From the NCBI GenBank assembly GCA_964530225.1, contig CAZHBA010000110.1, positions 6,958 to 70,957 on the forward strand: a stretch of 64,000 nucleotides of DNA, in the 5' to 3' direction. A program made the position numbers and the translations under genes. This stretch comes from an uncultured Rhodospirillaceae bacterium. GTDB taxonomy: Bacteria > Pseudomonadota > Alphaproteobacteria > UBA6615. The notes under the pieces are model-generated. The model did not search any database. It was not told the origin of the DNA and worked only from the letters and a program-made list of their open reading frames with translations. Positions 27,619-40,484 of the stretch are shown piece by piece (the first letter of the stretch is position 1; each line of letters starts with the position of its first letter).

Positions 27619-28230
27619 TCAGAACGGTTTGGCTACTAGCGGACGTTTGAGTTCCTTGGCTAGTTCTTCGCGCCATTCTCCATAGGGCTGGAAGCCCGGC
27701 TCCTCCCGGCACATTGCTTCGGTCTCGGCGACAATCTCGTCGTCGGACTTTGACAGGTCGAATGGCACCAGAACAGGTTGGTCGATAAACCACGGCGTAT
27801 CGACGAAAAACTCAAGCGTGTTGTCCTCGGGGTCGTGAGCGTAAACCGACCAGGCGATACCATGGGTACCGACAAGCAGTTTCTCAGGACCGGTTCGTTC
27901 GGCTAACCGGTTGTGCATGATGCGCAGATCGTCGAGCGATTCGAGCCGGAACGACAGCTGGTTGATCGGGCCAGCGAAGAAGGCACCCTTACTGTTGCTA
28001 CCAAGATCGCCGATATCGGCGTCGCATATCACGAACTGGTGGTGCTCCATGGGGTCCATGCTCATGAAGACCAACGAAACTCCTAGCGACTCGACCGATC
28101 CCCGGTCGGTAACGGTAAAGCCGACAACCTTAGTGTAGAAGTCCTCCATCAAGTCCATGTCACGGACATTGATGCCAAAATGGCTAAACTGGATCTTCGG
28201 TGCCCGGGCGGGAGCCTTTAGCGCAGTCAT
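27619..28230 (-). CDS. VOC family (glyoxalase / extradiol dioxygenase-like) protein
   Basis: FSHFGINVRDMDLMEDFYTKVVGF is a typical VOC beta-alpha-beta-beta-beta start. The start was chosen at ATG 28230. Confidence 0.7.
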   Translation of the reverse strand: MTALKAPARAPKIQFSHFGINVRDMDLMEDFYTKVVGFTVTDRGSVESLGVSLVFMSMDPMEHHQFVICDADIGDLGSNSKGAFFAGPINQLSFRLESLDDLRIMHNRLAERTGPEKLLVGTHGIAWSVYAHDPEDNTLEFFVDTPWFIDQPVLVPFDLSKSDDEIVAETEAMCREEPGFQPYGEWREELAKELKRPLVAKPF

Positions 28231-28291
28231 ATCTGCCTCATCGTTATTCGGAAATCGGTAATAATTGTGACATAAATCCCGTTTCATGGCG

Positions 28292-28338
28292 TTGATTTGG
28301 ATCATTTAGGCACAAAAACGGCAAATGACCCAAATCAA
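28292..28338. promoter_or_regulatory. Two FNR/CRP-family (FnrL-type) boxes in the divergent VOC-hemN intergenic region
   Basis: TTGAT-TTGG-ATCAT (28292-28305) matches TTGAT-N4-ATCAA at 9 of 10 positions. ATGAC-CCAA-ATCAA (28325-28338) matches at 8 of 10. The boxes lie 36-82 nt upstream of the hemN ATG. Confidence 0.6.
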
Positions 28339-28373
28339 ATAGCTCAGCCGCCCGGCCCGGTAGGCTCTACTCC

Positions 28374-29702
28374 ATGGTTAGCAAACTTCTCAAACAGCAC
28401 AACCTGCGGGTGCCACGCTATACGAGTTACCCGACCGCGCCGCAGTTTCACGGCGGTATCACGGCAAAAACCTATGTGGATTGGCTACAAAACTTGCCTA
28501 ACGGCGCGCCACTATCGCTCTACCTACACATCCCCTATTGCCACGAAATGTGCTGGTACTGCGGCTGCCACACCAAGGCAACACGCCGCTATGCACCGGT
28601 GCGCGACTATGCCCGGATACTCGAGGCGGAAATCACTTGCATCGCCAACACCATCGGTCGCCGGCAAACCGTGAGCCACATTCACTGGGGCGGCGGCACG
28701 CCGACCATCCTGTCGAACAACGACCTGGACGCTGTTTTGGCTGGACTGTGGGACCGCTTCGAGTTTGCCAGCGATGTAGAAATAGCCATCGAAGCCGACC
28801 CGCGCACCCTAACGTATAAAAAAACAGTTGCCCTGGCAGATGCCGGCATCAACCGGGCGAGCCTAGGCGTACAAGACTGTAACGCCCACGTGCAGGCGGC
28901 GATCAACCGGCTGCAGCCATTCGAGCAAACGGTAGCGGCAGTCGCCGCCCTGCGCGCGGCGGGAATCCAGCGTATTAATATCGATCTGATGTACGGCCTG
29001 CCCCTCCAGACGGTTGACGACATTCGCCGCACAATCGACGCCGTGCTGCCGCTGGCGCCCGACCGACTAGCGGTATTTGGCTATGCCCATGTGCCGTGGA
29101 TGAAAAGCCACCAGAAAATGATCGACGACACGGCACTACCCGGTGCCGACGAGCGCCTGCAACAATCGGAAGCCATGGCGCAGGCGCTGGTGGCGAACGG
29201 TTACCAACGCATCGGCCTCGATCACTTTGCCCGCACCGACGACGCACTCAGCGTCGCCTTGCAGACCGGCAACCTCCGACGCAATTTTCAGGGGTACACC
29301 ACCGACCAGGCGGACACCCTGATCGGCTTCGGCGCTTCGGCGATCGGTTCGCTGCCCCAGGGTTATGTCCAGAACAGCGCCGATTTCGGCGATTACGGCC
29401 GGGCGATAGGCGATGGCCGCCTGGCCACCGTGCGCGGCGTCGAGTTGAGCGATGACGATCGCCAGCGCCGCGCCATCATCGAGCGCCTAATGTGCAGCAT
29501 GACGGTTAATCTCGACGATATTAGCGCCAATTTCGCCAACGAATTAACAGCGCTGCAGCCCTTCGCGGATGATGAGCTGGTATGCCTCGACGGCGCTACC
29601 GTTACGGTGACCGAGGCCGGCCGGCCGTGGCTACGGGTGATCTGCGCTGTCTTCGACAGCTATCTGCAGCAGAACGAGGCACGCCACTCAGCCGCCGTTT
29701 AG
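28374..29702 (+). CDS. hemN: Oxygen-independent coproporphyrinogen III oxidase (radical SAM)
   Basis: Has PRYTSYPTA, the radical-SAM cluster motif CHEMCWYCGC, and HWGGGTP. Confidence 0.95.
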   Translation: MVSKLLKQHNLRVPRYTSYPTAPQFHGGITAKTYVDWLQNLPNGAPLSLYLHIPYCHEMCWYCGCHTKATRRYAPVRDYARILEAEITCIANTIGRRQTVSHIHWGGGTPTILSNNDLDAVLAGLWDRFEFASDVEIAIEADPRTLTYKKTVALADAGINRASLGVQDCNAHVQAAINRLQPFEQTVAAVAALRAAGIQRINIDLMYGLPLQTVDDIRRTIDAVLPLAPDRLAVFGYAHVPWMKSHQKMIDDTALPGADERLQQSEAMAQALVANGYQRIGLDHFARTDDALSVALQTGNLRRNFQGYTTDQADTLIGFGASAIGSLPQGYVQNSADFGDYGRAIGDGRLATVRGVELSDDDRQRRAIIERLMCSMTVNLDDISANFANELTALQPFADDELVCLDGATVTVTEAGRPWLRVICAVFDSYLQQNEARHSAAV

Positions 29703-29713
29703 AAAACCGCTGG

Positions 29714-29956
29714 TCAAACCCCCACGGCGCTACGGTAGACCTCGAGCAAATGTTCCTGCTCCTGGCGTTCGCTGGGCTCGAGCTTGCGCAGGCGCACAAT
29801 CTGGCGAATGGTCTTGGTATCGAAGCCGGCGGACTTGGCCTCGGACAAGACCTCTCTTATATCGGAATTCAATCCGGTGCGATCTTCTTCCAACCGCTCG
29901 ATGCGCTCTATGAAGCTGCGCAATCGGTCCACAGCGATGCCACTCGTATCGGCCAT
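29714..29956 (-). CDS. DUF2312/UPF0335 family protein (GapR-like nucleoid-associated protein)
   Basis: LRSFIERIERLEEDRTGLNSDIREVLSEAKSAGFDTKTIRQIVRLRK is the conserved GapR/DUF2312 core, a family restricted to alphaproteobacteria. Confidence 0.85.
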   Translation of the reverse strand: MADTSGIAVDRLRSFIERIERLEEDRTGLNSDIREVLSEAKSAGFDTKTIRQIVRLRKLEPSERQEQEHLLEVYRSAVGV

Positions 29957-30043
29957 TGGCCTTCTCTCCCCAAATTCCTGATATTCACCGCTGAAACAGC
30001 AATGCTAGACTTTGCGCCCGGCGACTAAATTTATTCGTTTGAC

Positions 30044-30346
30044 CTACTTGGGGTGTTTAACGTCGTAGGTGGCCTGTTGCTCGGGCGTCGCCTCAGTCTG
30101 ATATTTTGCCTTCCACTCGGCATAGGGCATGCCATAGATAATCTCGCGTGCCGCCTTATCATCCAGACCAAGACCCTTTTCTTCCGCCGCCTCCCGGTAC
30201 CATCTAGACAGGCAGTTGCGGCAGAAATCGGCCAAATTCATCAGGTCGATATTCTGCACGTCGGGGTTGTCGCGCAGATGCTGTACCAGGGTACGGAACG
30301 CCGCGGATTCAAGCTCCGTGCGAGTGTTGACATCAATTTCGATCAT
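30044..30346 (-). CDS. DUF1244 domain-containing protein
   Basis: The conserved core is AAFRTLVQHLRDNPDVQNIDLMNLADFCRNCLSRWY. Length is 100 aa. Confidence 0.75.
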   Translation of the reverse strand: MIEIDVNTRTELESAAFRTLVQHLRDNPDVQNIDLMNLADFCRNCLSRWYREAAEEKGLGLDDKAAREIIYGMPYAEWKAKYQTEATPEQQATYDVKHPK

Positions 30347-30527
30347 GGTTGGTTTCCCGTAAAATCGGCTGTAGCTTCACGACGGCATCATAAAACCGAC
30401 TACCAATTAATATGGACTTCTTGAGGCGGAAGGCCAACCCACTGAAAATCGGTCGGCCTCAGACCGCGCCATCGACCGTTTCCTTGACCAGCCAGACCAG
30501 GGAATAGGTGTAAAACTCCGTATCGGT

Positions 30528-30773
30528 TTACAAAAAACCGGAAAACACGGGCCCTTGATACGCCCGCCCCACCTCGAAAGAGGGATGAGCGAATACCAAG
30601 ACGAAGTCCAAAATTACCGAGACCAGTGCCGGCCATGCCGGAGTTTGGTGCTGAAACTTGTTCACCAAGAAAAAGGCAAAAGCTACCGGCACCGCATAGG
30701 CCAGAAACAATGTATTGACCACCGGACAATCGCCGACGCGGAGAACCACAGGGTCATAACCGCGACCTGGCAA
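30528..30773 (-). CDS. Hypothetical small membrane protein (two predicted TM helices), possibly a pseudogene
   Basis: This is a TTG-start ORF with two hydrophobic stretches. An in-frame TAA is followed by 22 more protein-like codons (TDTEFYTYSLVWLVKETVDGAV). I recognise no homolog. Confidence 0.25.
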   Translation of the reverse strand: MPGRGYDPVVLRVGDCPVVNTLFLAYAVPVAFAFFLVNKFQHQTPAWPALVSVILDFVLVFAHPSFEVGRAYQGPVFSGFL

Positions 30774-30915
30774 AACGCTATGACGGCGAGGACGCGGCCT
30801 CAGCTGAACAACACGGCAGAAAACCCGACACTATTTTACACACAACTACCGGACAATAGGTAGCCGACCGACGCCGCACCCGCCCAATGACAAGTGCGTG
30901 TGCAGAAACCTTCGA

Positions 30916-32946
30916 TCAGGCGGCCTTGGCTTCCTGACGCTGTGCAACCACCGTATCGGCTTCGCGGCCCGACAGCTCCTGCAGGTGATCGAACTCGTAG
31001 CGGAAGGTGCCAGTACCCTGGGTTAATGATCGTAGCTCGATGATCAGATCAGCCATTTCCGACTGTGGCATATTGGCGTTCACCGTGTCCCAACCGACCC
31101 AGCCGTCCTTGGCGTCGAAGCCCAATATCTGGCTGCGCCGACCGCTGACGATCTGATTAACTTTGCTAGTATGTTCCGATGGTACGTCGATCTCGACCTT
31201 GAAGATCGGCTCGAGCAGGATCGGCCCGCACTTGGGCATGCCCTCGCGCATGGCCGTCTGGGCTGCGGTCTGAAAAGCCATGTCGGAAGAATCCACCGCA
31301 TGGTGTTGACCGTCGAACAAACAGACCTCGACGTCGACCACCGGGAAGCCCAGCGGACCCTCTTCGAGATAGCGGCGCACACCGGTTGCCACCGATGGGA
31401 TGTACTGGCGCGGCACCGAACCGCCGACGACACGGCTCGTAAACTCGAATCCATCGCCGCGCGGACGCGGGCCGATTTCGATATGAACGTCGCCAAACTG
31501 GCCATGCCCGCCGCTTTGCTTTTTGTGACGGGCGTGCTGTTCGATCTTCTTGCGGATAGTTTCCTTATAGGGAACGCTGGGCCGGCGGGTCAAAACGCCG
31601 ACATTATACTTCTCGGCCAATTGCTCGGCGGCGACCGTTAGATGGATTTCGCCCTGTCCGTGCAACACCAACTCGTGGGTGTCAGCATTGTGGTCGAAGA
31701 GGTACGACGGATCTTCCTCAACCAATTTGGCCAGCGCCGACGACAGCTTCACTTCGTCATCGCGCTTCTCGACCTCGATCGCGACAGCGTAGACGGGTGA
31801 CAGCGGGCCATCCCATGGATCGCCACCCTCACCACGACCCGCCTCGGTTAGCACATCACCTGTCTTTACCTCTTCGAGACGGCCCAGGGCAACGACATCG
31901 CCGAGGCCCGCTTTGTTGACCTTCTCCTGGTCGTGGCCAAACATCTGGAACAAGCCACCAATCCGTTCCCCGCCAAGTTGCATGCTGTCGCGTATTTCAC
32001 CCGACCACACGCGGATGTGGCTGAGTTTCCCCGAGCGTGCCTGGGTGGTCTTGAAAACCTGGGCCACCGGATCGCCGCTGGTATCGAAGCCGCGCCGCGC
32101 CGCCGTGGTTACGGGGCTAGGCGCGTCGTGGCGCAACGATTTCCACAGACGGAATACACCGCTTTGAATTTCGCCGGCACCGATCATCACCGGAACGATG
32201 TTGTCGACGGCGACATTTTCGATGAGCTGCCGGTAGATGTCTTTTTCGTCAGGAACCAAGTCTTCGAGCAGTTGTTCCAGCATATCGTCGTTAAAATCGG
32301 CGAGTGATTCGAGAAGCTCCTGGCGTGCCATGGTTTGCTCGTCGGCGAGTTCGGCCGGCACTTCGACTACGGTCGAGGGTTCGCCCGCTTTGTACTGGTA
32401 GGCGCGCTGGCTAATTAGGTCGACATATCCGGTGGTTTTATCGCCGTCGCGGATCGGCAGGTGGCGCAAGACCAGTGGTAATTCGGAAACCTCCTGCAAC
32501 GCGGTGAGGGTTTCTTCTAGGCTCGATTGGGGATTGTCCATTTTGTTGATGAATAGGACATGGGGAACCGAGCGATCGTTTAAGAATTTTAAAATCGGCG
32601 CTACTGCTTTCGCCTTGGTGGCATCCGGCTCGACGACGACAACCGCGATGTCCGCCGCCATCAGCGCGCTGCGGCCATCTAGCGAGAACTCGATCGAACC
32701 AGGACAGTCGAGGATGGTCCAATCTTCGTCCATAAACTCACAATGGGCGATATTGAGTTCTACGCTCATCTGCCGTTTTCGGGCGACCGCTGAAGCGTCG
32801 CCGACCATATTACCTTCTTTTACCGAACCCTTGCGTCTGATTGCACCAGTCGCCGTCAACATGGCCTCGAGCAAGGTGGTTTTACCGCTAAGATACGGGC
32901 CCACAAGCGCTACGCAGCGCGGACCCGAGCCTACAGTGTCCGCCAT
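30916..32946 (-). CDS. Elongation factor G paralog (EF-G-like translational GTPase)
   Basis: The start was chosen at ATG 32946. EF-G domain order is present, with G4 NKMD, but G1 is GPYLSGKTT (not AHxDAGKTT) and G3 is DCPG (not DTPG). Confidence 0.85.
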   Translation of the reverse strand: MADTVGSGPRCVALVGPYLSGKTTLLEAMLTATGAIRRKGSVKEGNMVGDASAVARKRQMSVELNIAHCEFMDEDWTILDCPGSIEFSLDGRSALMAADIAVVVVEPDATKAKAVAPILKFLNDRSVPHVLFINKMDNPQSSLEETLTALQEVSELPLVLRHLPIRDGDKTTGYVDLISQRAYQYKAGEPSTVVEVPAELADEQTMARQELLESLADFNDDMLEQLLEDLVPDEKDIYRQLIENVAVDNIVPVMIGAGEIQSGVFRLWKSLRHDAPSPVTTAARRGFDTSGDPVAQVFKTTQARSGKLSHIRVWSGEIRDSMQLGGERIGGLFQMFGHDQEKVNKAGLGDVVALGRLEEVKTGDVLTEAGRGEGGDPWDGPLSPVYAVAIEVEKRDDEVKLSSALAKLVEEDPSYLFDHNADTHELVLHGQGEIHLTVAAEQLAEKYNVGVLTRRPSVPYKETIRKKIEQHARHKKQSGGHGQFGDVHIEIGPRPRGDGFEFTSRVVGGSVPRQYIPSVATGVRRYLEEGPLGFPVVDVEVCLFDGQHHAVDSSDMAFQTAAQTAMREGMPKCGPILLEPIFKVEIDVPSEHTSKVNQIVSGRRSQILGFDAKDGWVGWDTVNANMPQSEMADLIIELRSLTQGTGTFRYEFDHLQELSGREADTVVAQRQEAKAA

Positions 32947-33196
32947 ATCATCCTCCACAAGCGAGAAGTCACGCACCCTGCACCCGCCGGTGCGTTTTGT
33001 TTTTTTTATCGTTTCATTTATGGGGCAGTAGAGTCCAGCGGAAAGGTCCACAGCTTAGTTAATAGGCTAGGATTTCTGCAATTCCGGCTGCTGCAGCTAA
33101 CTGTCTTACGGCGCCCGCCCGGCCCCGAAGTTCAGTTAATTTCTGGCGCGCTTAGACATTTTCAGAATCCCTACCCAGCGCCGGTCTGGCAGGCGC

Positions 33197-34402
<1,206 letters not shown>

Positions 34403-34681
34403 TCAGTTCCGTTTTACGCGGGTTACGTCGGCTGTAGACGGCGCGAAACTAGTACCCTTCGCTGCACTGCACAAGGCGCGATATAAGTTCAGTCAGGATT
34501 GTTGGGTGTACGGTATGCAAAACAGCGAATGCACCGCCAGCAAGGGGAAAAGGGGTATGCTGGCGGTACACCGCTTTGTGGCGTAGGGGCCGGTCACCCA
34601 CGTGGAGCCACCGGAGCCTACCCGACTATTCAACCCGACCAGGTTCACACGTCGTTGCGCGCATTCTCTTGGCCAAACGGC

Positions 34682-34810
34682 CTACTCTCCCCGATTGTGG
34701 ATGTCGCGGGGGAGCTTATTTCTATCTAGCGACAACCACACGGTTACGAGCATGAAAATTGCCATTGCGCCGGTCACGATGAAAAGCAGGATGAGATTTT
34801 CAGCCGGCAT
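34682..34810 (-). CDS. Possible 42-aa single-pass membrane peptide
   Basis: An ATG at 34810 follows AGGAAA. The product is MPAENLILLFIVTGAMAIFMLVTVWLSLDRNKLPRDIHNRGE. No homolog is recognised. Confidence 0.25.
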   Translation of the reverse strand: MPAENLILLFIVTGAMAIFMLVTVWLSLDRNKLPRDIHNRGE

Positions 34811-34965
34811 GGCTATTTTCCTAGTCAAGCATCGGGGAGAAGTTAGCCCGATGCCGACAGAAAACATTGATATGAGTCAATTTTTCAAAGTTCTTTTTGG
34901 CCGCATCGATGTCTGACCTCTAGACGGACTGGCTTTTCTGACTGCCGTCACCCTATATAGATGCC

Positions 34966-37188
<2,223 letters not shown>

Positions 37189-37468
37189 AGAATCTAATCA
37201 GTTCAGGCTAAGGATTACTTGCCTGCTCAATTTCAATCGGCAGGGTCAGCTTGGTGTGGGACGTAATAATACCGCCGCGATCGTCGATGTCGACCGAGTC
37301 GTAGCGCTGCTTATAAACCTCGGGTAGCGGCCAGTCGCCGGGGAGCGACAACCACAGAAGCAGATGGTAAACTGGTTGACGCCCTGTCGCTGCGCGACTT
37401 CCTCAGTTACGCGTTCGACGAGCTCAAACAACCAAGAACAACTCTGGGAAACCATATAGATTAGGCCC

Positions 37469-37999
37469 ATGGCGTCCTGGCTTGAATTAACGCAACAGTG
37501 GCTAACGTCGGCACGTGCCATGGGCCTGGTGCTCGCGGCGAGCGTTATCGTGCTCGGAGCGGCGCTGTTGTCGCAATATGTCGGCGGACTACAGCCATGC
37601 GTCCTCTGCCTCTTTCAGCGCGTACCCTACGCGCTGACCATCTTCCTAAGCGGATCGGTATTGGCCCTGTTGGCGTTTGGCGGCCAGTCATGGCCAACAC
37701 TAACTCGCGGCGCGCTAACCGTTTGCGCCGTGTTGTTCTTCGCCGGCGCGAGCATCGCCGCCTATCATGTCGGCGTCGAGCAGGGCTGGTGGTCCGGCAC
37801 CGCTTCTTGCTCGGGGCCCGACCTCAATGCGATGATGATCGACGAGCTGCGCAAACACCTCTTAAGCGCGCCAATCGTGCGCTGCGATGAGGCCGCCTGG
37901 TCGTTGCTCGGCATATCGATGTCTGGCTACAACTTTTTAACGTCGCTCGCGTTATCCGGCGCCTGCATATGGCTGGCGCGTTCCGCCAGGCGGCCATAA
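37469..37999 (+). CDS. dsbB: Disulfide bond formation protein B family
   Basis: Has four TM segments, the first periplasmic loop motif CVLCLFQRVPY, and a second Cys pair (C..C) in loop 2. Confidence 0.8.
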   Translation: MASWLELTQQWLTSARAMGLVLAASVIVLGAALLSQYVGGLQPCVLCLFQRVPYALTIFLSGSVLALLAFGGQSWPTLTRGALTVCAVLFFAGASIAAYHVGVEQGWWSGTASCSGPDLNAMMIDELRKHLLSAPIVRCDEAAWSLLGISMSGYNFLTSLALSGACIWLARSARRP

Positions 38000-38048
38000 A
38001 AAGGACAAAATCAAGGAAATACTGGATACGTATTTTGGAGAGAAAACT

Positions 38049-38660
38049 TTGAGCCTATATCGACACGTCCGGCGTATCGCATTCGCCGTTTTACTAGCTG
38101 TTTTGGCGACCACCCCAGCTGCCGCCATCGACACCGAAGCAGCGCTAAAAGAACGGGCCATTGGCGACCCAGCAGCGCCGGTGACCGTGATCGAATATGC
38201 GTCCTTGACCTGCTCGCACTGCGCCAGCTTCCACAACGACACCTATAAGACATTCAAAAAACGGTATATCGACACCGGAAAAGTGCGGCTGATCTACCGG
38301 GACTTTCCCCTCGACGGGGTCGCGCTGCGCGCCGGGATGATGGCCCGCTGCACCATCAACCAACGTTATTTCGGCCTGTTGCAAGTGCTATACAAATCCC
38401 AAAATAATTGGGCCCGCGCCAAAAACCCCGTGGCTGAGCTGGCAAAAATTGGCCGACTTGCCGGGATCGATCAGGCTACTTTCGATGCCTGCATGACGTC
38501 CGAAGAACTAATCAATGGCATTATTGGCATACGCCAAAAAGCCGCTACTGCCGGCGTGCACAGCACCCCCGCTTTCGTCATCGGTGGCAAGGTTTACCTG
38601 GGCGGCCGCTCTATCGACGATTTTGCCAAAATTATCGACCCGCTACTTAAGCAGAAATAG
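38049..38660 (+). CDS. DsbA-family thiol:disulfide oxidoreductase
   Basis: Has a signal peptide and a thioredoxin fold with the active site CSHC (SLTCSHCASFH). It lies directly downstream of dsbB. Confidence 0.85.
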   Translation: MSLYRHVRRIAFAVLLAVLATTPAAAIDTEAALKERAIGDPAAPVTVIEYASLTCSHCASFHNDTYKTFKKRYIDTGKVRLIYRDFPLDGVALRAGMMARCTINQRYFGLLQVLYKSQNNWARAKNPVAELAKIGRLAGIDQATFDACMTSEELINGIIGIRQKAATAGVHSTPAFVIGGKVYLGGRSIDDFAKIIDPLLKQK

Positions 38661-38785
38661 GGTACGGCCCAAGACCTATAGTTCACCCTAACGCCGTGAC
38701 CCGCCGTTCGTGGTAAGCTTGGCTGCCTCACTAGTTATCTCTTAACGAGAGCTACGCCATTATCCGTAAGCCGCCCAGGATCCTG

Positions 38786-39946
38786 TTGCTGACCGTTCTG
38801 ATTTCTGGCAGCGCGATCGCCTACAACATGTTTTTGCCGTCAATGCCCGATATCGCGCGGGAATTCGGCGTGAGCGTACTGTCGGTGCAAAGCTCGCTAA
38901 TCGCGTTTTTGATAGCCTATGCGGCGGGGCATCTGTTTTACGGCGGCGTCGCCGACCGCTATGGTCGGCGTCCGGTTCTGCTGTGGGGACTGGCCATATA
39001 CGTCCTCGCAAGCTTGGCCTGCGCGCTGTCAACGTCGATGACGATGCTGATCGCTGCGCGCGCCCTGCAAGGCGTCGGCGCAGCCGGATCGATGGTGATG
39101 GTGCGCTCAATCGTGCGCGATCTCTACGACCGTCAGCAATCGGCGCGCGCGCTCGCTGTCATTTCGACGGCCATGGTGTTCGCGCCGGCGACCGCACCCG
39201 CCCTCGGCGGCTATCTTCACGCACAATTCGGCTGGCAGGCTTCGTTTGTGTTTCTTGCCGTGCTTAGCACCGTTCTGTTCGCCTACTGCACGGTGCGTAT
39301 GGCGGAGACGCATCAGGCGCACGGCAGCAATCTGCTCAGCAACCTCAAGGCAATGGCGCTCGGTTATCAGGTTCTCGCCGGCCAGCGGGTCTTCGTCGCT
39401 TATAGCCTGAACATCGGCTTCATCAGCGGCGCCTTGTTCGCCTGGTTCGCCGGTATACCGATTGTGCTGATCGACAGTTACGGTGTCTCTCCCAATGATT
39501 TCGGTTATTTGATGCTGACCGGCACTTTGGGCGCGTTCTTCGGTTACGCCAGTACCATCTGGCTGACCGGCCGGCTGGGCGTCAACCGCATGATCGTGAT
39601 TGGGTCGGCGATTGGTCTGGGCGGTGCAAGCCTCTATCTCGCCCTGCCTCTGTTTGGCGTCTTGACCCCGCTAGCGGCGATTGCGCCTATGTCCCTGTTT
39701 AATTTTGGCTTAGCGGTCACCTTCCCTAACGCCATGGCCGCCGCAGTCAGTGTGCGACCGGAACTCGCCGGCACCGGTGCGGCGATCAACGGGCTGTCGC
39801 AATATGGCATCTCCGCTATCACCACTTTGGTGGTCGGTCTTCTCGCCAGCAACACGCACTTACCGCTGGCCTGGGTGATCTTCGCCATGCAGGCCGCCGC
39901 CGCCATCGCTAGTTGGGTGGGATGGCGCGCCCGGCCCGCGGAATAA
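38786..39946 (+). CDS. MFS transporter, Bcr/CflA-type drug resistance family
   Basis: A 12-TM profile with motif A-like GGVADRYGRRPVLL. The start is TTG, the first start after the upstream stop. Confidence 0.8.
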   Translation: MLTVLISGSAIAYNMFLPSMPDIAREFGVSVLSVQSSLIAFLIAYAAGHLFYGGVADRYGRRPVLLWGLAIYVLASLACALSTSMTMLIAARALQGVGAAGSMVMVRSIVRDLYDRQQSARALAVISTAMVFAPATAPALGGYLHAQFGWQASFVFLAVLSTVLFAYCTVRMAETHQAHGSNLLSNLKAMALGYQVLAGQRVFVAYSLNIGFISGALFAWFAGIPIVLIDSYGVSPNDFGYLMLTGTLGAFFGYASTIWLTGRLGVNRMIVIGSAIGLGGASLYLALPLFGVLTPLAAIAPMSLFNFGLAVTFPNAMAAAVSVRPELAGTGAAINGLSQYGISAITTLVVGLLASNTHLPLAWVIFAMQAAAAIASWVGWRARPAE

Positions 39947-40059
39947 ATTAGTTCGCACCTTCTGCTTGCCAGGCGATAGCTCTCCAAGGCGTGCGCAAGG
40001 ATTTTCCGAACCGGCATCGAATCGTCGAGCGACCGCAAATTACGGCTCTTGATCTTCTA

Positions 40060-40484
40060 TCCTTTAGGCGTTCGCGTCACGGCCCAGCGGTTGGCGATCA
40101 CGCGGTAGATGCTGAAGCCCGACAAAAATCCATGGCTAGGTAGCTCCCGGTTTTTGCCGACCGCCTCAGCACTGATCTTCGCCATGCTCGGCCTGGTGGC
40201 CGGCATTTTCGCCACGCACATGGAACACGTGGCGGGCGCCAGTGTGCTCATCGTCGCGCCGCCTGACCGTGGCGGAAAGTTATGAAGTCTTGCTGGCCGA
40301 ACCGGTGCGGCTAGTCAGCCTTTTCAATCCAGTGTTCTACCTCATCAGCGGTTTTGGCTACGCCGTCACCGGGCGCAACGAAGCCGCACCGGTTCTGATG
40401 ATCGTCGTGACCTTTGTTCTGGCAGTTGTATTCACCGCCATCTGCGTTCAGATGATCGCGATGGGGTACCGCCTGAAGAATTAA
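40060..40484 (+). pseudogene. Remnant (3' part, frameshifted) of an ABC-2-type transporter permease gene
   Basis: The 40242-40484 frame ends with ...SLFNPVFYLISGFGYAVTGRNEAAPVLMIVVTF...GYRLKN, typical of the C-terminus of YadH/NodJ-type ABC-2 permeases. The preceding TM-like segment (SALIFAMLGLVAGIFATHMEHVAGASVLIVAP) is in another frame. There is no N-terminal half and no partner ATPase. Confidence 0.6.
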
